Assembly: GCA_963693365.1 (NCBI GenBank)
Contig: CAVNZM010000001.1
Coordinates: forward strand, 16,425,840-16,489,839
Reading direction: 5' to 3'
Origin: Amoebidium appalachense
Lineage: Eukaryota; Protista; Ichthyosporea
DNA length: 64,000 nt
Position numbers and translations under genes: made by a program. The notes below the pieces were generated by a model. That model had not been told where the DNA came from. It saw only the letters and a program-made list of their open reading frames with translations, and searched no databases. Below are positions 38,730-52,442 of this stretch, piece after piece; the first letter of the stretch is position 1; each line of letters starts with the position of its first letter.

Positions 38730-41700
38730 TCATGCATCGTCCATGGACATGCCGTTCATGTGCTTGTGCAGGTCGTGGGCCTCCTGCGTGCACACCGGTC
38801 AGTGCCATAGATACAGCTGGCAAAATGTGTGTGTGTGTGTGTGTGTATGAGTGAGTCAGTGTGTGTGTGCGTATGTGCGCCACGGTGTGTGTTGGCCATG
38901 TTTGGGGGGAGGGGAGGGGGAACAACGGAAACGAAAAACACAATGCAGTATATCATATGACATGTAAGCCATCAACACCCAAATCAACAGAAATGTGTTG
39001 CACAAAACAATTGTCGCATTAGCATTGGAAAACAAAAAACGGCATGGTGATAAGTCAGTTGGCCCGCAGGGGGGATGGGTGGGTGGGTGGGTGGGTGGGT
39101 GGGTGGGTGGGTGGGGGTGGGGTGGGGGGGCACTATTTTTGAACCGTTGTGTGTAGGTTTTGATTGGACCCAGTACCTCAATGTGTATCATTATTGTTCT
39201 GGGGACGTTTGGCTGGGTGAGTTGTTTGAAGGGGGAAAGGGAGGAGGAGGAAGGAGGAGGAGGAGGGGGGGAGGGGGGGGGAAGGGGGGTACGGGTGTCT
39301 TTTTAAAAAATGCGAGGCCTGTATGAGTTTGTATTCATGGACGGGCTTCGTGTCGAAAGCAAGTTATCGCCATCACGCCACAAGTTCTACTAAAATAAAA
39401 ACAGCTAAAGTGCATGTACATAAACGTGTGTGTCTGGGCGCGCACCGGGGAGGGGGGGGGGGGGGGGGGGGGGGGGGGAGACAACATACATCATCGCGGT
39501 ATCTGTCATGCCTCCAGGCACCACTAGGCACGTGTGTGCCCTTGTAGGACCCACCCAGCCTCCTAGGTGTGTGGCCCCTCTGCCTCTCTGTGCCCTCACC
39601 CTGTCTCCTACCCTTCCACCGGATGACGAGTTCCTTCCGTGTAGCGGGTACAGGGTCGTTGAAGGGGTCACGTGTCCTGTCGTCATGCTGAATGTGTCGG
39701 AGAGGTTGTGTGTGTGTGTGTGTGTGTGTGCGTATTTGTGTGTATACATTGGGGTGGATGGGGGGGGGGGGGGGGGGGGGGGGGGGGAGATGAGGCAGTG
39801 GGCACTGGGCAAAGGGCTAGCTGCAGAAATGAGATGCCACGTAGGGGTGAAACGGCAAACCCTCCCCCCTCCCCTCCTCAAACAAACATGTGTGCGCTCG
39901 CACGGCCTAGGCCCACACGCACACATGCACACAAGATATGAAAAAAACCTCCCACACACAAACACCCCTCATTTTTCCTCCCCTCCTTAAAGGAATAGAG
40001 AGGAAGAAAAACAGACCGCCACACATAATTTCAACCTGCAATATCAGTTACATCGTTTACACAACTTGAAGCGCAAAACGCTCAATAGTAGGTGACAACT
40101 TGACAGCTCTTGCTTCTAATGGAAGGTTTAACAGAGCCAAAAAGGCATCAGACACCATGCTCCTCCCTCACATACTGAACCCCACAAGGAAACAACCACT
40201 CTCCGCCCCTACCCTTATCTCTCCCCCCCCCCCCCCCCCCCCGACCCTCTTCCCTACCCCCCTCCGCCTCCTCCCCAACTCCCCACACCCGTCTCCCTCT
40301 CCTCACCCCCACCCCACCTATCGCACCCACCTGAAAGAAATGGAACTTGCCAGCAGTCTCCCCCTCCGTGTTTGCATCGACATATCGCAACAGCCGCTGG
40401 CGAAGGTCCTGTGTGCCCCCCCTCCCCACCCCCTTTGCATCTTTGTGCTTACCCACCCTTCCAGTCATGTCTCTCTCCTGGCGTTTGCTCAGAAAGCTGT
40501 CGTCTTGGGACTCGCGTCGTGCGTGCCTAGTCGGAAATCGCAAACAAGCAATGAGCAAAAAATGGAGGAAAATAGGGAAAAATGATAGGTTAGTGGTGTG
40601 TTCATCACCAGAACTGCCTGAAGTCGCGCACGTGGATATTGCAGAGGGGAAACAAAACTGGAACAAAAATTCAGGGTGATTGGCGTCATGTGCTAGAATC
40701 CCAGAGGAGATGTATATGTTTTGTCTCACTTGTGCATGCAAGCCGGAGCAACCGTGTGCCTGGGCGAACATGTGTGTGCCCCTGACCACATCATAGGGGC
40801 CGTAGGTAGAAACTTCCGTATATTCTCTGCCCCTATATTCTGTTACCACCTGTTCAACGCGCTGTTTCTTTTTCGTTTTGTTTTTCTATGGTCTTTGTTG
40901 TTTTTATAGCTTCGGGGGGGGGGGGGGATGAGATGGAGATAAGTGGTGGTGCTTGTATTAGCTCAAAAGAGCCCAAGTTTTTGTGTGTATGCAAGGTGAT
41001 GGAGCAAAGTTTTATGTGTAGTGTTTGGCTTCCTGTGTTCATTGGTCTGTATAAAGAAACGAGACCGAGTTCGAAATTAGAATCGTTTAAAAAATTCGGA
41101 AAGAAAGAAGATGGTGGTGAGGGGAGGAGGGGGCAAGGGTGGTGGTGGGGGGGGGGGGGGGGGGGGGGAAGGATTTGAGGGCCAACAAAGAGACAAATAT
41201 ATGATCATCTACACAGAGGGAACCAGGATACTAAATAGCAAAAGGACAGAACACAAACATACCAGTTACGTGAAGACAACGTGTGCATAGCATGCGGCGC
41301 CACGTGAACACAAAAAAGCAAACCCTCCCCCCCCCCCCCAAACACACACACACACCTTCCCGCACACAACCTCCCTCTCCACACCTTCTCCTTTCCCGCC
41401 CCCCCCCCCTCCCCCCCCCCCCCCCCCCCCCCCCCAACACCACCAACACCAACACCACTCCACTCCCTCCCTGAGTTTAATGTTCGTAAGGTTGTGCACA
41501 TGGCCTACCTCTGGTATGTGCCTTGGATGCTATCGATGCGGTTCTCTCTCTCCTCGGTGGGGTCTGGGTCGGGGGGGTAGCTCTGTCTCCTGTGTTTTAT
41601 AACCAATCGCTAAGATTTCCACCACACATTAATATTTGAAGCCCCATCAGAGAACATGCACACATTTGCCCCGGGGGCCCAGCTACAGGCCTGTGTATGC

Positions 41701-41762
41701 ACATGCTACAGCCCTCAAATTGGTGTGCACCTCAGATCTTGAGCTGATTTTGCCCTCAGCAG

Positions 41763-41799
<37 letters not shown>

Positions 41800-41947
41800 G
41801 CCCACCGGGCCCTCCCTGCCCACGGTGCGGCCTTTCGAACCCCAACCACTCCATTGAGCACGCATGCCGCCTGCCTGCCGGCGATTGCACGTAACAACGG
41901 CACCAGAATCAAAAACCACCTGATGCGTATGACTTCATGATGCTGCC

Positions 41948-41978
<31 letters not shown>

Positions 41979-42840
41979 TTTCTTTGCTGCTTAAGGATGA
42001 CTGAAGGTGGCAGTCCCCTAGCCCCACCCCCTCCTTCCAACCACCGCCTTCTTCACCACAGTCCCTGCAGGCTGTACCCAACAACCTCTTTCTCTCGAGT
42101 GTTCCCGAGACTTTGAGCCTTCAACATTCTTCTTTGCTCTTTAACAACTGTAAAGAGCTTCAACAAGTTGAAAAAACCAAGTTGCTGCTGTAAAATGAGC
42201 ACACAATGATAACTAAATTATTGTGTGTGTGAGTCGATGTAACTCAGGACTGGAAGGCAAGTCCCGTTTGAGGAGAGTCCTAAAAAACGTCAGCGCAAAC
42301 GAATAAATCAACGTGCTTGGCAGGGCAAAACATGCACAACAACAAAATCCAGTTTCACATACGGGTCATAATGAATGAACTTGCATCTGGTATATCAATC
42401 ACCCCCTCCCCCCCCCCCCCTTCCCCCCCCTCCCCCACCCCACAAAAAACAACAAGAATTGGGTAAGGCACGTACCTTTTGAGCTTGCGCTTGGTGCACC
42501 TGTAAGGATTGTGGCTGTGTTAGTATCATCCTACAAATGTGGTTTGAGCAGATGGACAATATCATTTCCTCCTTCCCCCCCCCCCCCTCCCCACACCACC
42601 ACCACCACCCCCTTGCCCGTACCCTCCCTCCCTCCCTACTTCCCATTTCCCCTCCCTCCCACCTTGCCCTCCTGCCACCTCCTTTTCCATATGCTTCACT
42701 CACAGCCGGGCCAAGAATACGTAGTAAATCGGAGCAAAGCATGGATGAAGGCGTTATGCAGCTTGGAACTGTGCGTTGTATACTTACTCGGATCTGCTGC
42801 TGATCTCGAGGTCCAGGGTGTCACTGACCAGAACCATTTT
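38730..42840 (-). CDS. Btz/SELOR-motif protein (CASC3/MLN51-like); 3' exons firm, 5' exons uncertain
   Basis: Exons 40526-40457, 40408-40331, 39687-39490 and 38783-38730 (TGA) give ...GKFHFFQ|HDDRTRDPF...GAWRHDRYRDD|EAHD. This resembles the two Btz motifs FFEHDLR and GRWEHDKFRED. Candidate upstream exons at ~40780-40849, ~41509-41589, ~42080-42147, ~42476-42499 and ~42720-42840 are not resolved. Confidence 0.6.
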
Positions 42841-43099
42841 CGGTAGTTACAAACCGACGGGGGCAATAATTGTAAGCTCGTTTCGCTGACAGCTCAACCT
42901 GTCGTCCCTCTCTTGTTGTGGTTTAGCATAATACAAAAGGAACAAAACTGGTATATGCCTTATAAGCATCTATATTGCTACATCACAAACCTTCCATCTT
43001 CACATGCGAACATGGCAAGTATTCCGAGCCCCCTTCACTTCAGGCCCTGCTGTGTGACTGCATGCGCAATCTGTGACTCTGTGACTGCACAGTGTGTTG

Positions 43100-43580
43100 T
43101 TCTGACCACAAATTTGATGTGCGCGCCAAAAGTTACGGCCAATCAAATGGCTCAAGCGCAATTTATTCAAACTACGATCCATTCATCGACGTCTACATAT
43201 AACTATATTAGGACAAAATAGATCTGAAAGTAAACTGAAAGACTGGCCCAGCTGCCCCAGTGGCGGCCTGCCAACTTCCGGATCCTCTCGAGTCTTGCAC
43301 CCTACACAGACGCGTTACAATACAGTCGAACACGCAATGATGTTTTTGCGCAATTACACGGAAAGCGACCGACATGGTATCTTCTACGTTCAGAATATGG
43401 TCATAGTCGGGTTGATCTTACGGCGCACAGTCAGGACGAGCCAGCTGTGAAGCGTGCATAAACCGATGCTTGTATCTTCAGGATTTCGAGGTCATCTGAC
43501 CGAAGGCTGCTTTGATCCATAGAAAAATTGCTCTCATTTAAACGTAAGCACCTGTTTCCTTGCTTTATTTGCGCTTAGAA
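43100..43580. promoter_or_regulatory. Probable bidirectional promoter between the Btz-like gene (-) and MBIP (+)
   Basis: Short, microsatellite-free interval with several CpGs between divergent genes; ggccaatc at ~43137; TTGCGCAA palindrome at ~43346. Confidence 0.35.
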
Positions 43581-43581
43581 C

Positions 43582-43730
43582 ATGGCTGAAGCAGGTGTCG
43601 AACCCGGGGCTCCGCCCCACACACCCCCTAATCCCCCGGCCACTGACGCCACCCCAGCAACGACCCTCCCCGAAACTGCCGAGCTTGGGGCAGTACTGAA
43701 GCAGCTGCTGAAAACGGTATGTGATGGAGG

Positions 43731-43776
<46 letters not shown>

Positions 43777-43790
43777 TCTCCCCCTCCCCC

Positions 43791-43823
<33 letters not shown>

Positions 43824-44486
43824 CACACACACCACTCCGCTTATCAGTACATACACAGACCTACATACACTTTCTCTCGTTCATCTCTTCATCTCACACA
43901 CACACTCTCTCTCACTCCCCCCCCCCCTCCTCCCCTTCTCCCGCCTTCTCCCTCTCTCTCTCTCTCTCTTTCTCTATATATATACATATATATATATATA
44001 TCTGTGTGTGTGTGTGTGTGTGTGTCTCTCTCTCTCCCTCTCTCTCTCTGTCTCTCTCTCTCTCTCTCTCCCTCTCTCCCTCCCTCTCCCCCCCCCCTCT
44101 CTCTCCCCCCCCCCTCTCTCTTCTCCCTCCCTCCCTCAGCTCTCTCCTTTTCCCCCCTCCCCCCCCCCCCCCCCCCCCCGTCCTTTTTCTTTCTCTCCCT
44201 TTCACTCTCTTCTCTCGCTCTATGCTTCTCTCCCTCTCTCTCTCCCCCCCTCCCCCCCCCCCCCCTCCCCCCCCCCCCTCCCTCTCTCTCTCCCTCTTTC
44301 TCTCTCTCTCCCTCCCTCCCTCCCTCCCTCCCCCCCCCCCCCCCCCTCCCCCCCCACCCACTCTCTCTCACGCCCCTTCTCCCGTCCCCTCATCCCTTTT
44401 GTTTCTCTCTCTTTCTCCTCTCCCTGATCTCCTCCTCTCCTGTTTCCTCTTTCCCACTTTCTCTGTCTTCTCTCTCTGCGCCAAAG

Positions 44487-44537
<51 letters not shown>

Positions 44538-45758
44538 CTCTGCCCCCCTCTCTGTGTATCCCTTTCTGTTCTCTTGCTCTCCTTATCTCCCTTTCCCAGT
44601 GGCCCCTCCCCCCCCTCCTCCCCCTCTCTCCCTCTCTCCCTCTCTCCCTCTCTCCCTCTCTTCTCTCCCCCTCCCCCCAACCTTCACTCTCTTTCTCTCT
44701 CTCTCTCTCTGTCCCCCCTCCCTTCCCCCCTCCCTGTACAACCGCCCCCCCCCCCCCCCCCCTTCTCCCCTCTCTCTTTTCTCTTGACTAGCAACATCTG
44801 GGCCCCTCCTTTTTCTTCCCTCTTCTCCTTTTCTTCCATCTCCTGTCTCTTTATCCACCACTAACCACCCATGTGCACGTTCTTGCCACTCTCCTACTAT
44901 GGAAACCCCTTCCATGCGCTTCCATTCTGCCCTCTGGCCCTTTACCTCCACCAGCCCACCAACCCTTTGTATCTGACTAATAGTTCTTTCCGGGATGTTT
45001 AAATCGACGGACAAAACAAGTACCTCGTTGCTTCCTTCTTCCCACACACACAGTGATACAGTGATCGCTGATACACACACACCACCACCCCAAAAAAAAA
45101 GAAAAGAAAAGAAAGAAAGAAAGAACCCCCCCCCCCCCCCCCCCCTTCCCCCCGGGGATTCCTTTCTCTCCCTACCATTTCCCCACAACGACAACCCCAC
45201 ACACATCCTAACCCACACTCCCCACGCCACTTCCGTTTTTAGGCATCATCATGACACAGTGCAACAACCAACACCACCACTCCTCCCCCCCCCCCCCCCC
45301 CCCCCCCCCTCTCCCCCCCCCCCTCCCTCCCCCCCCCTATTTTTTTCTTTTCTTTTCTTTTTTTTTTCCAGCTCCATTGTTCGCAGGCTGCAGCCGCACT
45401 AGACAGTGAGGTGATGGGTGCCGGGGTGGACGAAATCACGTGGCCAGAGGTGCAACGGCTACTGGGCCAGCTGGGGGTAGGTGCGCCGTATCAGTGCGCG
45501 GTTTCAAGGGCAAATGGTTTTTTCTCCCCAAAAAAAGACCTTTTTCTTTTTCTTACCTACCTCTTTTTCGTGAGGATATCAATAATGCAAAGGGTCAGTA
45601 GTGAGTTGGGTGTCGATGCTATTCCATGGCTCCGGGCTCCCCAGGCCCCGAGGGGGAGAGGGGGGGGGGGGGGTTGAGTTTCTTAGAGGATGGCGCTTGG
45701 GCAAAGAAGAAGTGCAGCACAAAGAGACCTAGTGTGCAGTGGGAGGTGGCAGATTTGA

Positions 45759-45789
<31 letters not shown>

Positions 45790-46197
45790 TTTTTTTTTTT
45801 TTTTTTTTGGGGGGGGGGGGGGGAAGTACTCTCACCGCAGTATCTAACGTGTGTGCCGGTAAGACAAAGCAGGCTGACGCATAATGTGAGATATATCCGC
45901 AGATGTACACCCACACACGCAAGCATGTGCCATTCTTGTTGGTTTATCCAACTATTTTTCCTTTTATGCAGGCTTTTTCACATAATTATTTATTTATTGC
46001 TTATTCGTTTATTATTTTTTACTTTGTTGATTTGTTTATTATTTATTTATTTATTGTGCAGGTTGTCACTGGTACGGACAGAACAGACGAGGGGCAGACA
46101 ACAGAGGGGGGTGTCCGGACACCGGCCAAAGCGACCAGGAAGAGAATTGCATATGATACGGCCCTGGTACAGATTAATGCACCAAAGGCTGAGGTAG

Positions 46198-46228
<31 letters not shown>

Positions 46229-46282
46229 GGGGGGGGAGGGGTGTGTGTGTTTGGGGGGGGGGGGGGGGGGATGGGTGCGTGC

Positions 46283-46330
<48 letters not shown>

Positions 46331-47119
46331 CTGTGTTTGCGTGTGTGCGTGCATGTGTGTGTGTGTGCGCGCCCGTCCGCACTGGTACCTTTTTTTTTTT
46401 TTGATTTTTAGGAGGGAGTGGGGGATGTGATGGGGGGGGGGGGGCGGCCCTGCGGAGGGGAGGGGAGGGGGGGGGGGGGGGGGGGGGGGGATGGAAGCGG
46501 CATATGGGGATGATTGAATGTGTGTGACTAGTGTACATTTTTTCCGGGGTTCCGGGGGAGGTGAGGAGGGTGATGGTCCGCAGGAAGGGGGGGGGGGGGG
46601 GGAGGGGAGGAGGAAAGGGGGGGGAGGGGGGAGTAAATGGGTCTTGAGACTGTGTATGCAATAGCTTTGTTTGTCATGTGTGCTAGTGTTTTCTGGGGAG
46701 TAACTGGCAAGAACACACGCGGGCCGGGTTGGTGGGTTGCATATGCAGTGGCTTTCAAACTCATGCAGTGAGTGTCATATTGGAAAGGCAAAGGTGACGC
46801 TCCGTTTTTGTTGAGGTGCTTTGGCATAGAAGGGTTATGGCAGCTCAAAGAGGAAATGCATAACTGTGTAGCATTATTCCCCACCAAATGTTGTTTGCCT
46901 TACTGAAGCATGTGTTCTTGTGGGCACGCGTGTGTGGGTTGCTACAATCAAGTTTAAAGCCACAAGCGCACAACTCACACACGGGCAGCGGTACGCATAT
47001 GTGCACATGCACACCTATGTGTGTGCGCACACACCACCACCACCACCCCATGGACATACACACTCAAAGACACGCGCGCGCGCACACACACACACACACA
47101 CGTTATGCACACACACACG

Positions 47120-47161
<42 letters not shown>

Positions 47162-47422
47162 TCAACCGCAGGATAGCTGCCTTCATCCAGCGAAAACGGA
47201 ACGACAATGATGAAAGCAACATTCTTGAGTTCTGTGAGCCTAGAACGGACACAAGCCAAGGTTCTATCTTGCTCCGACCCCAAAATCCACCTACCTACCT
47301 ACCTACCTACCTACCTACCTACCCCCCCCCCCCCCCCCCCCCCTCTTCTCCCCCCCCCCCCCCCCCCCAGCCATACGCACATGCAAACACACGACGCACA
47401 CACATACACACGCACACACGCA

Positions 47423-47484
<62 letters not shown>

Positions 47485-47698
47485 ACTCACACACACACAC
47501 ACACACAGACACCACACACACACATACATACACATACACACACACACACATACATACATACAAACACGGTAATAAGGCGCTGCGATGCCTACACAAACCC
47601 CCCAAAACCTGCAAATATATGGTTCCGGCATGTTTTTAATGCTCTTTCCCTTTCTCGCGGCCTTCTGAGCGCTGAGAAGAAGGCAGGGTGGGTGTGTG

Positions 47699-47746
<48 letters not shown>

Positions 47747-47838
47747 TGAGTATGTGTGTGCGTAGGTATGTGTGTGTGTGTGTGTGCGTGTGTGGCGCTC
47801 TTGTTGTTGGTGATGGCGCGGAAGAGGGGGGAGGATTG

Positions 47839-47877
<39 letters not shown>

Positions 47878-48361
47878 TATTCTGACCCACCAGTGCAATA
47901 TATCACGGTCTCCGTATGCCTCAAGCTGCTTCCGTATGCCTCAAGCTGAAAATAAGAAGAGATAGTGTTGTTGGTATCCCGTGAATTAGGTTGTATAGGG
48001 CATTGTGAAGGAGACCCGGGATGATGGGATTTTGGGGTGGGGGGGGGGAGGGGAGGGGAGGGAGGGGGGGATATCGCAAGGAGCCGGGGAAGGGTGTGTG
48101 TTGGGGGAGGGGGTTGGAGGAGGGGGAGGGAAAAGGGGGGGTTGAATGATGAAGATGGGTTTGAGAAGACGTGGATGACCGGGAGAATGGTAAGGCAAAG
48201 AAATGAGTGTGTGCGTGTTATGAGTTTGTATGAGTTTTGAATTTATGGTGGAGTGATGTGTGTTTTTGATTGGCTGACAGCATGTGTTAGGCTGGTCAGC
48301 GCGTACCAATCCGGCACCGATCTTGCGCCTCAGTGAGCGCAGTCACCTCAAGGTGTGTGTG

Positions 48362-48411
<50 letters not shown>

Positions 48412-49643
48412 ACTAGAGAGGGTTCCGCTCGCCATCCTCTCCTCCCCCCACCCTCCTTCCACACACACACCACCACCATCACCACCACAAAACTTTTTTG
48501 TGGAGGCGCAGGAACCCCCCTGACCCCCTGGTGATGGGCTCTGTTATTGTCTTGTGCCTGCAGGCCCACCCCCCTCCCCCCTTCTCCTCCCCCCCCTCCC
48601 CCCCCCCCCCCCCCCCCTCTCTCGCCTCTTTTTTTATTATGAAAAAAAGAAAATGGTTATGTTTTTCAGTACTTGTGACGTTTTGTTGGTTGTCTTTTGA
48701 TGCCTCCTCCTGCATATTTCCAACCTCAGATCGTTCTCAGTTGCACACAACATCCCCCCCCTCCCCCCTCCCCCTCCCCCCCCCCCCCCCCCCCCTCCAA
48801 AAAAGAAAGAAAGAAAGAAAGAAAGAAAAGAAGAGAAAAGAAGAAAATGACTAAGCCCCTTACCTCCTCTTCGCGCTCCGGGCGCTTGAGTGGGTGGGTT
48901 GGGTGGGGAGGGGGGGACGAAGGGGACGGGGCCGGAGAGGAGGCTGGGGGGAGGAGGGAAGGAGGGGAGAAGGGGAGAGGGAGAGAGAGAACGAGGGGGG
49001 GAGAGGAGGGGGGAGAGAGAGAGAGAGACGGGGACTCGGTCTTTTTGGAGGGGCCGGGAGGAGAGCGGGGGGCGGGGAGGGAGGGGGCTATGTCGCGTAT
49101 CTATGTAGTGTAATTTTATATGATGGTGCTCACCTGCCCGACCCTAGCATTACGCGAATTATCGTGTCGGGGGCCACCATGTCATGGTCCTCTATAAATT
49201 GATCAATGGAGGAGATGGTTGTGCCATATCTCCTGTGGGGCGGGGAGGGGGTTCCGGGGGGGAGGGGGGCGTTGACTGTAATACAAGGACGGTGTGTTAT
49301 CAAGTTGCACCAACGACACATTTCTTTATATCCACATAAGTTACATCATCCCCCCCACCACAAACATAAATTCACATTTCCACTCACAGGTAATAAATTT
49401 ACATTTTTACTTACAGGTATAAATTCACATTTCCAATCACAGGTATCGCGCGTTGAGAATCTAGTGGGACCCGCTGCCCCAGGGCCGATTATACCCAAAG
49501 CAGCGGCAGTCAGGCAGGGGGAGAGTACAGGCAAAGAGACAGCCCAGTCTCTGCCTGCAGGGGTGGAGGAGAGGCTGGGCAATATGGAGGCACATGTGGG
49601 CCTGAGCAGAGGTGTGTGGCTGGGTTTGTTCTCTTCTTTTGTT

Positions 49644-49674
<31 letters not shown>

Positions 49675-49723
49675 AAAAAAAAAAAAAGGTGTTGGGGGGG
49701 GGGGGGGGGGGGGGGGGCTACTT

Positions 49724-49756
<33 letters not shown>

Positions 49757-49959
49757 GGGGGGGGGGGGGGGGGGGGGGGGGGGAGGAGGGGGGGGGGGGA
49801 AGGAGGAGGAGGGGGGTTGTTTTGGTTTAGCCCGGTGAGGAAGAGGGGGAGTTTTTTTGTTTTTTTTTTGGGAGGGGGGGGGGGGGGGGGGGTTATTTAT
49901 CTTTTTTTTTTGTTGTTGTTTATTTATTTATTTATTACTTATTTTTTGGGTGGGTGTCT

Positions 49960-50019
<60 letters not shown>

Positions 50020-50307
50020 CTCTCACCGAGTAATAGGGGTGCTGTTTGGCCAACGTGCTTTGGGAGCTCGGTTTGCTCAATGAAAGGGGAAGGGTTGGGA
50101 AGATGCAGTCAGAGTGTGGTATTTTTAGGTGGGAGAAGAAAAACGAAACGGCCAGCATCGTTGTATATTTTGTCTTTAGGTTTTCGAGGAGGAGGGGGGG
50201 GGGGGGATGGTGTACTCCAGTTGGCTGTTAGAAGACTAAGACCAGGAGGGCAGGACGGATGTTTTTATATGTGAGTGTGCCTGTGTGCTTGTGTGTGCAT
50301 GTGTCCA

Positions 50308-50341
<34 letters not shown>

Positions 50342-51114
50342 TCTGTGTCTGTGTCTGTGTCTGTGTGCAGTGCATGTTTTGGGCCTGACATGTTGCTATT
50401 CTCAGTGCCGCTGAATGTGTATGAGCGCATGAAGAGACTGGAGGACAGAATATTGGAGCTGGAGAGTTGCAGTCCGGAGCTATTCCAGGTGGCTGTCAGG
50501 GTGAGTGAATATGCTTGAACACCTGCAGAATATGAATGCCTGTAACAAATACATGCAGAATATGAATGAATACGGGCATAATATGAATAAACACGTACTG
50601 CATATGAAGGGATACGTGCAAAATGTGAGTGAATACGGGGAGGATATGAAATAATACGAGCAGAATGTGAATGAATACGTGCTGAATATGAGTGAATACG
50701 TGCTGCATTCGAAGGAACATGCAGACTGCAAATGATTACTTGCTTAAAGTGAATAAGCGTGTGCGCCGATCACATCCTTTACACATACAGTGTGGCAGAG
50801 GCACACACGGCGATACCCGTTTACAAGGTGCACTGCACGCATGATATAAGTTCAGAAATATGTATACTCCCACAGTTGCACTGCACCACGACATGACTTT
50901 TAGTGTCTGCGCAATTTGTCAAATGTTTTTATTGGCCACCACCACGATGTTTTCCTCAAGCCTTCACTATTCTAATTTATATGGCCTAAGTGTTTGTGAT
51001 ACTAACCGTTTTCCCCCTACTCTACCCATCACTTCTTCAATTTTCTATGTTTGCGTGCTCGCACCCGCACATCCGCACACACACACACAAACACACACAC
51101 ACACACACACAAAT

Positions 51115-51149
<35 letters not shown>

Positions 51150-51171
51150 CACATATACACGCACACACATG

Positions 51172-51202
<31 letters not shown>

Positions 51203-51244
51203 AAACACACACACACGTATACACGCACACACATGCGCGCGCAC

Positions 51245-51338
<94 letters not shown>

Positions 51339-51410
51339 CACGCACGCACGCACACACATGCACACGCACGCACGCACGCACCCATGTACGTACGCGCACA
51401 CACGCACATA

Positions 51411-51454
<44 letters not shown>

Positions 51455-51459
51455 TACCC

Positions 51460-51546
<87 letters not shown>

Positions 51547-51659
51547 AGCATACCGGCCCACGGCTACCACCCTCATCTCTTGACCCGGGTTATGTTCCCG
51601 CGGCTGGTGAGGGCAATGACCTGTTTAAAGGCCCCATGCCTCAGGTTGGACCTCCCCCG

Positions 51660-51705
<46 letters not shown>

Positions 51706-51836
51706 ACACACACACACCCAAAAGAAAAAGAAAAAAAGAAAAAAAAAAGGGAGCTGAAAGAAAGAAAGAAAATAAGAATGCACCCTTCTCTTTTATTTTC
51801 TTTCCCCTCGCTGGCTCTCTAGTTCTCTTTCTGTCC

Positions 51837-51905
<69 letters not shown>

Positions 51906-52098
51906 ATCTGTTCTACCTTTTTCTGCATGTGTGTGTGTGTGGGGGGGGGGGGGGGGGGGGGGGGGGATAAGGGGATATGTGGCACTTTTATTCTTAATTT
52001 CTGAAAACAATAAACACATGCAACCCCCCTTCTGCCTCGCCTCCCCAACCACCAATACCATCAAAACCTGCCAGGAGTGTGTCTCACCTTTTCTCTAT

Positions 52099-52146
<48 letters not shown>

Positions 52147-52442
52147 TTCCTCCTCCTCCTCCTCCTCCTCCTACCCCTCCTCCCCCAGGCAACAGCAGCA
52201 TGTATCCCGGTGTGCGCACACACACGGGCACATCATGACACACACACGCTCGTACGCCTTGCCAACACACACACACACACAACACACACACTACACACAC
52301 ACAGGCTGGGCGTGATGATGTAGCCAGTATTGAAGACATAGACCAACGCATAGCCCAACTCAAGGCCAAACTGAGCCGCAAGCGAAGGAGAAGTGAGAGT
52401 GGCACAGAGTCGGAGTCACGTCCCGCACCGGCCCAACGGTAG
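43582..52442 (+). CDS. MBIP: MBIP (MAP3K12-binding inhibitory protein, ATAC complex subunit) homolog, 338 aa, 9 exons
   Basis: Exons 43582-43716, 45387-45476, 46062-46193, 47161-47260, 48291-48352, 49443-49611, 50406-50500, 51549-51644, 52305-52442 total 1017 nt. Motifs VQINAPKAEINRRIAAFIQRKR..ND.SNILEFC, SARTN, SHLKVSRVENLVGP, VEERLGNMEAH, VYERMKRLEDRILELESCSPE.FQ and IDQRIAQLK match recalled MBIP blocks in order. Confidence 0.9.
50500..50705. repeat. Degenerate ~22-bp tandem repeat at an MBIP intron 5' end
   Basis: Recurrent gaatatgaatgaatacg(t/g)gc-like units immediately after the exon 7 donor. Confidence 0.7.

Noticed and set aside
39600-40408. DUF3395-like reading (FNDPVPATRKELVIRWK)
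   Set aside because: The paired HDDR and W.HD motifs fit Btz better, and the remaining strands of that domain are absent.
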